Shown: positions 20,297 through 30,612 of the stretch, in pieces
How the letters are laid out: each line of letters begins with the position of its first letter
How positions within the stretch are numbered: position 1 is the stretch's first letter
Assembly (NCBI GenBank): GCA_011523565.1
Contig: WTGL01000159.1
Span: 2,101-66,100, forward strand
Direction: 5' to 3'
DNA length: 64,000 bases
Origin: Acidobacteriota bacterium
GTDB lineage: Bacteria > Acidobacteriota > Thermoanaerobaculia > Multivoradales > Multivoraceae
The notes under the pieces: generated by a model
Database searches by the model: none
Told to the model about the DNA's origin: nothing
Seen by the model: the letters and a program-made list of their open reading frames with translations, nothing else
Position numbers and translations under genes: made by a program

Positions 20297-22773
20297 GAGT
20301 CCTCCTCCTCGTCCTCCCTCCAGGCCTCCCGGACGAGGGACCAGTCGGCGACGTCCTCGGGCATGTTCTCGCCGGCCTTGGGCTCGCCGTACAGGGCCCG
20401 TTGCTGGTACCAGGGCAGGTCGTAGACCGGTCGGGTGTCGGGGTCGAAGGTCAGCACCGGCTCGGTGCCGACGATGAAGGCTTCCTCGATCAGGTGTTGG
20501 CTCACCGGCCGGCGTGACGGGCGGAGACCGGAGTTGTACTCGACCGGGGCCAGATGTACCTGGTTGGGACGGGTGAAGGTGGCCCGGCGGTCGATCCAGC
20601 CATCCTCGATACCCAGGCGCAGCACTTCCTTCCAGATCGGCAGGGCGGCCGCCGCTCCGGTCATGTTGCGTCCGATCCGCCGCTGCTGGTCGTAGCCGAC
20701 CCAGACGACGAGGGTGTACCTGGGTGTAAACCCGGCGAACCAGGCGTCGGTGAAGCCGTCCGTGGTACCGGTCTTGCCCGCCAGGGCCGCAAGTCCAAGG
20801 CTCCTTGCCGACTGGGCGGTGCCGCGCTGGACCACACCCGCGAGCACATGGGTCAACAGATACGCGACCTCCGGTGTCAGCACGGTTGCCGCCTGCGGCA
20901 GGTGAGCCTCGAGTTCGCGGCCGTCCGGGGTCGCGACGCCCTCGATCATGTACGGCTCGACGTGGACCCCCAGGTTGGCGATCGTGGCGTAGGCGGTGGC
21001 CACCTCCAGCAGGGTCAGGTCGGCGGCGCCCAGGGCCAGGCTCGGGTACGGCGGCAGCGGTGAACGAACGCCGGCCCGGTAAGCGAAATCGACCACGCGG
21101 TCGGCGCCGACGATGTCGTGGAGTTTGACCGACGTGACGTTGATCGACTTCTCGAGCGCCTTGCGCAGGGTCAGGATGCCGAGGTACTTGCGGTAGTAGT
21201 TGCGGGGGCTGTAGTTGGGCAGGTTGTCGACGCCGACGAACACCGCCGGTGCGTCGAAGAGCGTGTCGGCGGGTGTGAAGCCGTGCTCGAACGCGGCGCC
21301 GAAGACGAGTGGCTTGAAGAGCGAACCGACCTGGCGCCGTGCCTGGACGGCGCGGTTGAACTCGCTCCGTTCGTAGTCCCAGCCTCCGACCATGGCGCGA
21401 ACGGCGCCGGTCGACGACTCGAGCAGCAACACGGCTCCCTCGACGATCGGTTCCTGGACGAGTTCGAGGGCCAACGGCTGCTCGGGATGGGCTCCGGCCT
21501 CCGCGTCGATCTCCGTAGCGGGCCGGAGTTCAAACCACGCAACGTCGCCCTGCTCGAGCGGCGGCGCGTCGCGGCGGGTCCAGGCGTACCCCTCGGGATG
21601 GAGCACGAAACGGTGCTCGCCGATGCGGATCTCCGCTTCGCGCCGGCTGCGCCGGAGTACCACGCCGGGCGCCCAGGTGCCCGCCTCCGGTTCGAAATCG
21701 TCCCAGCGGGCGAGGAGCCCCCCGGCCGAGTCGGCGAGATCCTCCGCCTCGAGGTCCTCCAGGTCGAGGCGTGACGCCGGACCGCGGTAGCCTCGCAGCC
21801 GGTCGATCCGAACCAGGCCCTGACGCAGGGCGCGCTCCGCGGCGTGCTGCATCCGGGGATCCAGGGTCGTCCTGACCTGCAGGCCCCGCTCGTAGAGGCC
21901 CTTCTGGCCGTACGTCCGGTAGAGATCGACGCGGACTCGTTCAGCGAAGTACGGAGCCACCGGCTTCGTCTGCCGTTGCTTGACGACGCCCAGCGGTCTG
22001 GTCGTTGCTTCCTCGGCCTGCCGTCTCGTGATCACGCCCCGCTCGGCGATGACCTGGAGGATCGCATTGCGGCGCCCGCGAACGACCTCGGGGCGCAGAT
22101 AGGGCGTCCACACGCTTGGACCCGGCAGCACGGCGACCAGGGTCGCCGCTTCAACGTGATCGAGCTCGGCGGCCGGTTTGCCGAAGTAGTAACGGGCGGC
22201 GGCTTCCAGGCCGTAGTTGCCGTGGCCGAAGTAGGTCAGGTTGCAGTACAGCGTGAGGATCTGCTGCTTGCTCAGGCGCTTTTCGAGATGAACGGCGAGC
22301 AGCGTCTCCCGGATCTTCCGGCTCCACACCTTTTCGCGACCGAGAAACAGGGTGCGCGCCACCTGCATCGTGATCGTGGAGGCGCCCGAGAAGCGTTCGC
22401 CCCGGCGCCAGTTCTGCACCGTTGCCCGCAGCACCCCGTTGATGTCGAAGCCCCCGTGCTTGTAGAAGTTCCGATCCTCCGCGCTCAGCAGGACGCGCTC
22501 GAACACCTCCGGCACCTCGCCCTCGGCAAGCATGATCCGCTTCTGGACGGAGTAGCTCCGGAAGACCTCGCCGCGGCGATCGAGGAGCCGGGTGATCTGG
22601 CTCGGCGTCAGCTCCGCAACCGTCTCGACCTGCGGCAGATCGATCGCCGCGGCCACCGAGATGCCCAGCAGGACGCCGGCGACCGGCGTCACGGCGACCG
22701 GCGTGAGCCAGCGCCAGTGCCGCAAGGCCCAGTCTGCAACGGGTCGCAGGGCGTTCCGCGGCGCCTCCATCAC
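20293..22773 (-). CDS. mrcA: penicillin-binding protein 1A (bifunctional transglycosylase/transpeptidase)
   Basis: GT51 motifs (EDRNFYKHGG, RKIRE) and transpeptidase domain. Confidence 0.9.
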   Translation of the reverse strand: MMEAPRNALRPVADWALRHWRWLTPVAVTPVAGVLLGISVAAAIDLPQVETVAELTPSQITRLLDRRGEVFRSYSVQKRIMLAEGEVPEVFERVLLSAEDRNFYKHGGFDINGVLRATVQNWRRGERFSGASTITMQVARTLFLGREKVWSRKIRETLLAVHLEKRLSKQQILTLYCNLTYFGHGNYGLEAAARYYFGKPAAELDHVEAATLVAVLPGPSVWTPYLRPEVVRGRRNAILQVIAERGVITRRQAEEATTRPLGVVKQRQTKPVAPYFAERVRVDLYRTYGQKGLYERGLQVRTTLDPRMQHAAERALRQGLVRIDRLRGYRGPASRLDLEDLEAEDLADSAGGLLARWDDFEPEAGTWAPGVVLRRSRREAEIRIGEHRFVLHPEGYAWTRRDAPPLEQGDVAWFELRPATEIDAEAGAHPEQPLALELVQEPIVEGAVLLLESSTGAVRAMVGGWDYERSEFNRAVQARRQVGSLFKPLVFGAAFEHGFTPADTLFDAPAVFVGVDNLPNYSPRNYYRKYLGILTLRKALEKSINVTSVKLHDIVGADRVVDFAYRAGVRSPLPPYPSLALGAADLTLLEVATAYATIANLGVHVEPYMIEGVATPDGRELEAHLPQAATVLTPEVAYLLTHVLAGVVQRGTAQSARSLGLAALAGKTGTTDGFTDAWFAGFTPRYTLVVWVGYDQQRRIGRNMTGAAAALPIWKEVLRLGIEDGWIDRRATFTRPNQVHLAPVEYNSGLRPSRRPVSQHLIEEAFIVGTEPVLTFDPDTRPVYDLPWYQQRALYGEPKAGENMPEDVADWSLVREAWREDEEEDS

Positions 22774-22796
22774 ACGCGTATCATACGGCCCGACTC

Positions 22797-23264
22797 ATGA
22801 CGTCCGAAGCCGAGCAGCCGCGTGACCTGCCGCCGTTACCGGAGCCGTTTCCCGAGCCGTCGGCGAAGCGGCCGCGGGATCCGGAGAGCTCGCGGCGAGG
22901 TTGTCTGATCGCGGGGCTGGCCGGATGCGGGGTGCTCGCGCTCCTGCTGGTGATCGGCCTGGTCGTGGCGTTGACGCAGGCCGACGAGCTGCTCGAGTTC
23001 GTGCTGGACTTCGGTCGCGATCGCATCATGGAGACACTGCCTGAGGACACCACGTCGGAAGAACGCAACCGTCTCGACCAGGCCTTTGATTCCGTCCTCG
23101 AACGCTACCGGTCCCGTCCCGCGACGCCCGCCGACAACCGTCGGCTGCAGATGGCCCTCACCGACGCGCTGCGCCGGGCCGAGCGGGGACTCCTCGACCG
23201 CGACGATGTGCGCCGCCTGACCGAGCGTCTGGAACGGATCGCGGCGTCCGGACCGGAGGTGTGA
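22797..23264 (+). CDS. hypothetical single-pass membrane protein
   Basis: 155 aa with one TM helix ([23 protein letters not shown]). Nothing recognisable. Confidence 0.4.
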   Translation: MTSEAEQPRDLPPLPEPFPEPSAKRPRDPESSRRGCLIAGLAGCGVLALLLVIGLVVALTQADELLEFVLDFGRDRIMETLPEDTTSEERNRLDQAFDSVLERYRSRPATPADNRRLQMALTDALRRAERGLLDRDDVRRLTERLERIAASGPEV

Positions 23265-23265
23265 C

Positions 23266-25305
23266 TTGCACCGGCGCCTCGAGCCGGGGAACGGAGCCGG
23301 AGGACGCTTCGAGCTGATCTCCCCGTTCCGGCCCCAGGGTGATCAACCGGCGGCGATCGCCGAACTGGTGGCCGGTCTCGAGGACGACGTTCCCGAGCAG
23401 GTGCTGCTCGGGGTCACGGGTTCCGGCAAGACCTACACGATCGCCAAGGTGATCGAGGCGGTGAACCGGCCAACGCTGGTCCTGTCCCACAACAAGACGC
23501 TGGCGGCGCAGCTCTACCAGGAGTTCAAGAGCTTCTTTCCGAACAACGCGGTGGAGTACTTCGTCTCCTACTACGACTACTACCAGCCCGAGGCCTACGT
23601 CCCGCAGTCCGATACGTACATCGAGAAGGAAACGAGCATCAACGACGAGATCGACCGTCTGAGGCTGCGGGCGACGATCTCCCTGTTTGAACGGCGGGAC
23701 GTACTGGTCGTGGCCTCGGTGTCGTGCATCTACGGCCTGGGCGCGCCGGACGTCTTCTTCTCCATGCTCGAGTTCTTCGAGCGCGGGGCCGAGTTGCCGC
23801 TCGAGCGCGCACAGCGAAGCCTGGCAGAGATGCAGTACGAGCGCACCCGGCTCGATCTGTTCCACGGCAGTTTCCGCGTACGCGGAGACGTGCTCGAGAT
23901 CCTCCCGGCCTATGACGACCGGGGTATCCGGGTCGAGTACTTCGGAGACGAGATCGACCGGGTGTGCCGCTTCGACGTGATCACGGGACGCGTACTGGAG
24001 GAAATCGACCGGCTGCCGGTCTTTCCGCGCAACCACTACGTGACGCCGGAGGAACGGATGCGGAGGGCCACCCAGTCGATCGAGGAGGAACTGGGCGAGC
24101 ACCTCGTCGTCCTCGAGCGCGAGAACCGCCTGCTCGAGATGCAGCGCCTGGAGCAGCGGACCCGCTACGACCTGGAGATGCTGCGGGAGCTCGGCTCCTG
24201 CGCCGGCATCGAGAACTACTCGCGCCACCTCTCCGGCCGGGCACCGGGCGAGGCTCCGCCCACGTTCCTGGACTACCTGCCCGAGGACTTCCTCTTGGTG
24301 GTCGACGAGAGCCACCAGTCGATTCCGCAGGTGCATGGGATGTACCACGGCGACCGCGCGCGCAAGGAGACGCTGGTGGAGTTCGGATTCCGCCTGCCCA
24401 GTGCCCTCGACAACCGGCCGCTCCGGTTCGACGAGTTCGAGGAGCGTTGCGGCCAGAGGATCTACGTTTCGGCCACGCCGGGTCCCTTCGAACTGGAACG
24501 AACCGCCGGCGTGGTCGTCGAGCAGGTCATCAGGCCGACCGGCCTGCTCGATCCCCGGATCGAGCTCCGACCCTCCGCGAACCAGATCGACGACCTGGTG
24601 GAAGAGGCGAGGGCGGCGATCGAGCGCCGCGAGCGGGTGCTGGTGACCACGCTGACCAAGCGGATGGCCGAGGAGCTGACCCAGTACCTGACCGAGCTGG
24701 GCCTGAGGGTCCGCTACCTCCACAGCGACATCGACACCCTGGAGCGGGTCGAGATCACGACCGCGCTGCGGCGGGGCGAGTTCGACATTCTGGTCGGCAT
24801 CAACCTCCTGCGGGAGGGACTCGACCTCCCCGAAGTTTCGGTCGTCGCGATTCTGGACGCCGACAAGGAAGGGTTCCTGCGCAGCGAGGTGTCGCTCATC
24901 CAGACCGCGGGCCGCGCGGCGCGCAACCTGAACGGGCGGGTCATCTTCTACGCCGACCAGCGCACCGAGTCGATCGACCGCTCGGTCCGGGAGACCGCGC
25001 GGCGACGGCGTCTGCAGGCGCGCTACAACCGGGAGCACGGGATCGAGCCGGCCTCCATCCTGAAGGACGTGCACAGCCCGCTGGTGCAGATGAGCAACCT
25101 GGACTATCTGCACAAGGCCGGTGCGGCGGCCGAGAAGGCGGTGGAGGACCTCCTGCGCGAGGACGCGCCGGAAATGCCCCTGGAACGCCGCATCGCGCGC
25201 CTGGAGAAGGCGATGAAGCAGGCCTCCCGGCGGCTCGAGTTCGAGCAGGCCGCGGTGCTGCGTGACCGCCTGAAGGAACTCCGGGAAGTCAAGGTGATGG
25301 GCTGA
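23266..25305 (+). CDS. uvrB: excinuclease ABC subunit B
   Basis: [22 protein letters not shown] and full UvrB helicase motifs. Confidence 0.95.
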   Translation: MHRRLEPGNGAGGRFELISPFRPQGDQPAAIAELVAGLEDDVPEQVLLGVTGSGKTYTIAKVIEAVNRPTLVLSHNKTLAAQLYQEFKSFFPNNAVEYFVSYYDYYQPEAYVPQSDTYIEKETSINDEIDRLRLRATISLFERRDVLVVASVSCIYGLGAPDVFFSMLEFFERGAELPLERAQRSLAEMQYERTRLDLFHGSFRVRGDVLEILPAYDDRGIRVEYFGDEIDRVCRFDVITGRVLEEIDRLPVFPRNHYVTPEERMRRATQSIEEELGEHLVVLERENRLLEMQRLEQRTRYDLEMLRELGSCAGIENYSRHLSGRAPGEAPPTFLDYLPEDFLLVVDESHQSIPQVHGMYHGDRARKETLVEFGFRLPSALDNRPLRFDEFEERCGQRIYVSATPGPFELERTAGVVVEQVIRPTGLLDPRIELRPSANQIDDLVEEARAAIERRERVLVTTLTKRMAEELTQYLTELGLRVRYLHSDIDTLERVEITTALRRGEFDILVGINLLREGLDLPEVSVVAILDADKEGFLRSEVSLIQTAGRAARNLNGRVIFYADQRTESIDRSVRETARRRRLQARYNREHGIEPASILKDVHSPLVQMSNLDYLHKAGAAAEKAVEDLLREDAPEMPLERRIARLEKAMKQASRRLEFEQAAVLRDRLKELREVKVMG

Positions 25306-27107
25306 TGCACGCGCGCCTCGTTCGTCGGCTCGGCGAGCTTCCGGATCAGCCGGGGATCTACATCTTCAAGTCGGAGGACGGCGCGGCGCTCTACGTCGGC
25401 AAGGCGAAGTCCCTGCGCCGGCGCGCGGCAGCCTACCGCAAGCCGGCGGAGGATCCGCGCATCGCCCTGATGCTGCAGGACGCGGCCGATCTCGAGTTCG
25501 TGGTCACCGACTCGGAGGCCGAGGCGCTGCTGCTCGAGAACAACTGGATCAAGCGCCGGCAGCCGCGCTTCAACATCCGTCTGCGCGACGACAAGACCTA
25601 CCCGTACCTCAAGCTCACGCTTGCCGACGGCCACCCGCGTCTGGCCTTTACGCGGCGCATTCGCCGCGACGGCGCCGAGTACTACGGCCCGTACCTGCCC
25701 GCCGGACTGGCGCGCAAGGCGATCAAGCTGACGCAGAAGCTGTTCGGCATCCGGGTATGCCGCATCGAGATCGACGGCAGCCTGCCGCGGCCCTGCCTCT
25801 ACTACGACATGAAGCGCTGTCTCGGTCCCTGCGTCGACGGCCTGACGACCGACGAGGCCTATGCGGAGGCGGTGGAGAAGGCGCGCCTCTTTCTCGCCGG
25901 CAGGAACGACGAGTTGCTGCGCGGCCTGCGCGACAGCATGCGGACGCACGCCGCCGGTCTGGAGTTCGAAACCGCGGCCCGTCTTCGGGACACGATGCGG
26001 GAGATCGAACAGGTCACTCAGCGGCGGAAACTGTTCTCGGATCGGGGCGAGGATGTCGACATTTTCGGTGTCCATACCAGCGGCGACAACGCCGCGGTCG
26101 TCGTGCTGGTCATGCGCGGCGGTCAGGTCCTCGATCGTCGCGAGCTGTTCTGGGAGGGGGTCTCGAGGATCACCGCCGAACGTCTGCTGTCGGAACTGCT
26201 GCCGCAGCTCTACGACCGGACCACCCTGATTCCGAAGGAGATCCACCTGCCGGCGCCGATCGAGGGTGAAGGGGCGCTTACCTCGTGGCTGAGCGAGCGG
26301 CGCGAATCGAGGGTGTACCTCCGCATGCCCTCGCGCGGACCGAAGGCGCAGCGGGTGGCCCTCGCCAACCGGAACGCGGCGATGGCCTTCCGCCGCCGGT
26401 TCCGGGGTGCGGGCGCCGCCGGAGAGGCCGGCGAGGCGCTGCGGCGGGCGCTCGACCTCGAAGACCCCCCGCGCCGGATCGAGGGTCTCGACATCTCGAC
26501 CTTCGGCGGCAGCCAGACGGTCGCCTCGCTCGTGGTCTGGAATGACGGCCGGATGGTCAAGAAGGAGTACCGGAGCTTCAACATCCGGGGCCTGGAGCAG
26601 GCCGACGATTTCGCCTCGATTCGCCAGGCGGTGGAGCGGCGCTACCGGAGGACCCTCGAGGAGGTCGGCGAGATGCCCGACCTGATCCTGATCGACGGCG
26701 GACGGGGCCAGTTGAACGCGGCGCTGGAGGCGCTGTCGGAACTCGGCGTCGACGAGACACCGGTGGTGGGCCTCGCGAAGCGCGAGGAGGAGGTCTACGT
26801 CCCGGCGCGGCCGGCGCCGCTCAGGCTGCGGCGGAATCACGCCGGCCTCCGCGTGCTCCAGCAGGTGCGTGACGAGGCGCACCGCTTCGCCGTGTCGCGC
26901 CACCGCCGTCGCCGTTCCCGGCGAACGCTGCGCAGCCGGTTCGACGACCTCCGGGGGATCGGGCCGAAGCGGCGCAAGTTGCTGGTGCGCCGCTTCGGCA
27001 GCTACGCGGGTGTCACCCGGGCGTCGGAGGAGCAGCTCCAGGAGGTCCTGGGCGCGAAGCTCGCCCGATCGGTCTATGCCTCGGTCCATCGAGATCGGAC
27101 CGGTTGA
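25305..27107 (+). CDS. uvrC: excinuclease ABC subunit C
   Basis: GIY-YIG motif (GIYIFKSEDGAALYVGKA) and UvrC RNase H/HhH domains. ATGA overlap with uvrB. Confidence 0.95.
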   Translation: MHARLVRRLGELPDQPGIYIFKSEDGAALYVGKAKSLRRRAAAYRKPAEDPRIALMLQDAADLEFVVTDSEAEALLLENNWIKRRQPRFNIRLRDDKTYPYLKLTLADGHPRLAFTRRIRRDGAEYYGPYLPAGLARKAIKLTQKLFGIRVCRIEIDGSLPRPCLYYDMKRCLGPCVDGLTTDEAYAEAVEKARLFLAGRNDELLRGLRDSMRTHAAGLEFETAARLRDTMREIEQVTQRRKLFSDRGEDVDIFGVHTSGDNAAVVVLVMRGGQVLDRRELFWEGVSRITAERLLSELLPQLYDRTTLIPKEIHLPAPIEGEGALTSWLSERRESRVYLRMPSRGPKAQRVALANRNAAMAFRRRFRGAGAAGEAGEALRRALDLEDPPRRIEGLDISTFGGSQTVASLVVWNDGRMVKKEYRSFNIRGLEQADDFASIRQAVERRYRRTLEEVGEMPDLILIDGGRGQLNAALEALSELGVDETPVVGLAKREEEVYVPARPAPLRLRRNHAGLRVLQQVRDEAHRFAVSRHRRRRSRRTLRSRFDDLRGIGPKRRKLLVRRFGSYAGVTRASEEQLQEVLGAKLARSVYASVHRDRTG

Positions 27108-27126
27108 GCGGGTGGTAGGGTTCGCC

Positions 27127-27545
27127 TTGCCGGAGGACCGGATGCGGTCGCTCCCGGCGGTGCTGCCGCCGGGGGAGGAAAGTCCGGACTCCAACGGACG
27201 GCATGCTTGCTAACGGCAAGGCGCGGCAACGCGACGGAAAGTGCAACAGAGAGCAGACCGCCGACCAGGTGGTTCCGGTGCCGACGAGGCCCCCGGAGCA
27301 CCGGGAAGGCAAGGGTGAAACGGTGCGGTAAGAGCGCACCGCTCGGCCGGCGACGGTCCGAGGCGATGGCAAACCCCATGTGGAGCAAGACCAAATAGGG
27401 AGTGCGGATCGGGCTGTCCGTCCCGATTCCGGGTTGTTCGCAACCGGGGACGCTCTCCGGGTAGGTCGCAAAGATGAATGGCCGCCTCCCATCGCCTGAA
27501 GGTGACGGGACGAACAGAATCCGGCTTACGAGGTCCTCCGGCACT
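27127..27545 (+). ncRNA. rnpB: RNase P RNA (bacterial type A, M1 RNA)
   Basis: Universal elements GGAGGAAAGTCCGGACTCCA, AGGGTGAAACGGTGCGGTAAGAGCGCACC and ACAGAATCCGGCTTA. P1 helix GCCGGAGGACC/GGTCCTCCGGC. Confidence 0.85.
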
Positions 27546-28468
27546 TGACCTTCTTCGACAGGCCGTTCGGATGGCCGCCGTCCGTCGGGCCGGGCGACCG
27601 GATCGGCATCGCGGCACTGTCCGGACCGATCGACGACGACCGTCTCCGGGCCGGCGTGGCTGCGCTTGGAGACCTTGGGTTCGAGGTCGTGCTCGCCTCC
27701 AACCTGCGTCCCGGGGCGAAACGGGAAGGACGCGGTCTGTTCGTGGGATCGGACCGCCAGCGGCTACAGGCGTTCCACGACCTGGCGGCGGACGAGGAGG
27801 TCGCCGCGATCGTCTTCGCCCGTGGCGGCTATGGCGTGACGCGGCTCCTGGAACGCATCGACTGGCGTCTGCTCGCGGGCAGGCCGCGGCCCTACGTGGG
27901 TTACTCGGACGTGACGCCGTTCCTGCTCGCCCTGGTCGCCAGAACCCGGATGGCGGCCTTCCATGGCCCGATGCTGGTCGACTTCGCCCGCGGCCTGCTG
28001 GCTGAGGAGCGTTGCTCCCTGCTCGCCGCACTGGCCGGCCGCCGAGGCGAGACCTGGCAACTCGAGCGCATCGGCGGGGCAACGTCGGCCGGCCGACCGG
28101 AAGCGATCGAGGGTCATCTTCTCGGCGGTTGCCTGACCATGCTGGCGGCGACGATCGGAACGGGTTTCCTGCCGGACTTCCGCGGCTCGATCCTGTTTCT
28201 CGAGGACATCGATGAGCCCGAGTACCGGATCGACCGCCTGCTGACGCAGCTTCGGTCCGCCCGACGTGTCGGTGGCGTGCGTGCGGTGGTCGCAGGTCAT
28301 TTCACGAACTGTGACGCGCGCGACGGCTTGGTCGACTTCGCCGAAGGACTCGGGGTGCCGTTGCTGGTCGGTCTTCCGGCGGGTCACGAGGCGCCTAACC
28401 ACACGCTGCCGCTGGGGGCCTCGGTCCGGCTCGATCCGGACGCCGGCACGCTGGAAGTCACGGACTGA
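27545..28468 (+). CDS. ldcA: LD-carboxypeptidase (peptidase S66, muramoyltetrapeptide carboxypeptidase)
   Basis: S66 family. TTG start at 27545 lies inside the rnpB 3' stem. Confidence 0.75.
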   Translation: MTFFDRPFGWPPSVGPGDRIGIAALSGPIDDDRLRAGVAALGDLGFEVVLASNLRPGAKREGRGLFVGSDRQRLQAFHDLAADEEVAAIVFARGGYGVTRLLERIDWRLLAGRPRPYVGYSDVTPFLLALVARTRMAAFHGPMLVDFARGLLAEERCSLLAALAGRRGETWQLERIGGATSAGRPEAIEGHLLGGCLTMLAATIGTGFLPDFRGSILFLEDIDEPEYRIDRLLTQLRSARRVGGVRAVVAGHFTNCDARDGLVDFAEGLGVPLLVGLPAGHEAPNHTLPLGASVRLDPDAGTLEVTD

Positions 28469-28476
28469 CTCCGCCG

Positions 28477-30612
28477 ATGGAGCCGTTCGACCCGATCACA
28501 AGTGCGCGCGGTGTGGGCCCGGTGCTGGGCCGCAAGCTGGCCGAGGCGGGTTGCCGCCGCATCGCCGACCTGCTGGCGCACCTTCCCATCCGGTACGAGG
28601 ACCGGCGCGAACTCGGGCGCCTGCCCGGGCCGGGCGGCAATGCGTCCGAAGGCGCGCCGGGGCCGTTGACCGTGGTCGTGCGCCTGGAGAAGCTGCGGCG
28701 GGTGTTCGGCCGGCGCCGGTTCTCGCGTGTGGAGGCGGTCGCCGACGACGGTGAGAACAGGGTCGGCGTCGTCTGGTTCAATCGGCCCTATCTCGCGAAC
28801 CAATTGGACGAGGACGCTTCCTACCTCCTTCACGGAGTGCCCAGACGCCGGGGCCGGGACGGCGTCTGGCAACTCGCGAATCCGACCGTCGAACGGGTGG
28901 AGGAGGAGCCGGCCGGTGGGGGCGGCGTACGACCGGTGTACGGCCGCATCGGAGACGTGCCGCCGTCGCGGGTGGAGCGCCTTGTCCACGGAGCCGTGTC
29001 CCGCCTGACGAAAACCCGCGGCTCTGACTGGATCGACGAGTGGTTGCCGGACGAAGAGCGTGCCCGGCACGGCCTGCCAAGACTGGCCGAGGCACTGATG
29101 GCGGTCCACCGCCCCTCCGCCGAGGCCTCGGTCGAAGCACTGAACGAGAGACGGAGTCCGGCCCATGCACGCCTCGCCTACGGGGAATTCCTGCTCCAGC
29201 AGTTGCAGCTCGCCGCCGCTCGCAGGGGGCGCAGCCGGCACGGGAAACCGCACCGGTACCGGACCTCCGACGCGGCGGCGAGAGTGGCTCGGGAACTACT
29301 GCCGTTCCGGTTGACCGGTGCCCAGGAACGGGTGCTCGAGGAAATCGAAACCGACCTCTTCGGGCAGCGGCCCATGCTCCGCCTGGTGCAGGGCGATGTC
29401 GGCTGCGGCAAGACGGTCCTTGCCGCCCTGGCCTGCCTGATCGCGGCTCGGAGCGGCCTCCAGTCGGCCCTGATGGCGCCCACGGAGCTACTCGCCGAGC
29501 AGCACTTCGCCTCCCTGCAGCGGCTGTTGGGGTCGCACCTCGACCTTGCGCTTGTGACCTCCAGCCAGCGCGTCGCCAGCGACGGGGGCGGCGCGGTGCG
29601 CGAACGGGTCGGCAACGGCCGCATCGACCTCACGGTCGGCACCCACGCATTGATCCAGGAGCGCACCAGCTTCGCGCGCCTGGGACTCGCCGTCGTCGAC
29701 GAGCAGCACCGGTTCGGTGTTGTCCAGCGCCAGTCCCTGGCTCAGAAAGGGCAGCGTCCGGACCTCCTGGTCATGACCGCGACGCCGATTCCCAGGTCTC
29801 TGGCGCTGACCGTGTACGGTGACCTGGACGTGTCCTTGGTGGACGAGATGCCGCCGGGCCGCGGCCCGGTCGAGACCCGCGTGCTGACCGAGAAGCACCG
29901 GGACGAGGCGGTGTCCCTCGTCCGGCAGTGCATTCGCCGCGGTGGCAGGGCCTACGTCGTCTTCCCCCTGATCGATCCCGGCGAAGGAAGCGCGGCCGGG
30001 CTGCCGTCGCTGGAGGAGTCGGGCGCCTGGTGGGCCGAGGCGCTCGCAGCGCCCCATGGCGTGGTCCACGGTCGTCTGGGCCGCGAGGAGCGCGATGCGA
30101 CGATGAGCCGCTTCTCGGCCGGCTCGATCCGGGTGCTGCTTGCGACGACCGTGATCGAGGTGGGCGTCGACGTGCCGGAGGCGACCGCGATGGTGATCCT
30201 CGGTGCGGAGCGGTTCGGACTGGCCCAACTGCACCAGCTTAGGGGCCGCATCGGACGGGGCACGGATCCGACGCTCGGGCAGTCGATCTGCATCGCCATT
30301 TCGGGCCGCTCGTCTGCCGAAGCCGAGCGTCGGCTGGCGGTGTTCGCAGCATCGAACGACGGCTTCCGGATCGCGGAGGAGGATCTGCGGCAGCGCGGAC
30401 CCGGCGAGGTGCTCGGCACGCGCCAGGCCGGATTGCCGCAGTTCCGCTTCGGCGACCTGGCCCGGGACTGGAAGTGGCTCGTGGCGGCGCGGGCCGACGC
30501 CGCAAGGCTTCTCGACCGGCTCGCGGAGCCCGGCAATGAGCCGCTACGGCGGCAGTTGGAGCGCCGGATTCCGGCGCTTGCCACTCCGGCGCAGGGGACC
30601 GCTGAGCCGTGA
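28477..30612 (+). CDS. recG: ATP-dependent DNA helicase RecG
   Basis: Wedge domain, helicase motifs GDVGCGKT and DEQHRFG. Confidence 0.95.
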   Translation: MEPFDPITSARGVGPVLGRKLAEAGCRRIADLLAHLPIRYEDRRELGRLPGPGGNASEGAPGPLTVVVRLEKLRRVFGRRRFSRVEAVADDGENRVGVVWFNRPYLANQLDEDASYLLHGVPRRRGRDGVWQLANPTVERVEEEPAGGGGVRPVYGRIGDVPPSRVERLVHGAVSRLTKTRGSDWIDEWLPDEERARHGLPRLAEALMAVHRPSAEASVEALNERRSPAHARLAYGEFLLQQLQLAAARRGRSRHGKPHRYRTSDAAARVARELLPFRLTGAQERVLEEIETDLFGQRPMLRLVQGDVGCGKTVLAALACLIAARSGLQSALMAPTELLAEQHFASLQRLLGSHLDLALVTSSQRVASDGGGAVRERVGNGRIDLTVGTHALIQERTSFARLGLAVVDEQHRFGVVQRQSLAQKGQRPDLLVMTATPIPRSLALTVYGDLDVSLVDEMPPGRGPVETRVLTEKHRDEAVSLVRQCIRRGGRAYVVFPLIDPGEGSAAGLPSLEESGAWWAEALAAPHGVVHGRLGREERDATMSRFSAGSIRVLLATTVIEVGVDVPEATAMVILGAERFGLAQLHQLRGRIGRGTDPTLGQSICIAISGRSSAEAERRLAVFAASNDGFRIAEEDLRQRGPGEVLGTRQAGLPQFRFGDLARDWKWLVAARADAARLLDRLAEPGNEPLRRQLERRIPALATPAQGTAEP

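Noticed and set aside
27013-27544. Two minus-strand ORFs (27013-27492, 27074-27544)
   Set aside because: They lie entirely within the RNase P RNA gene.
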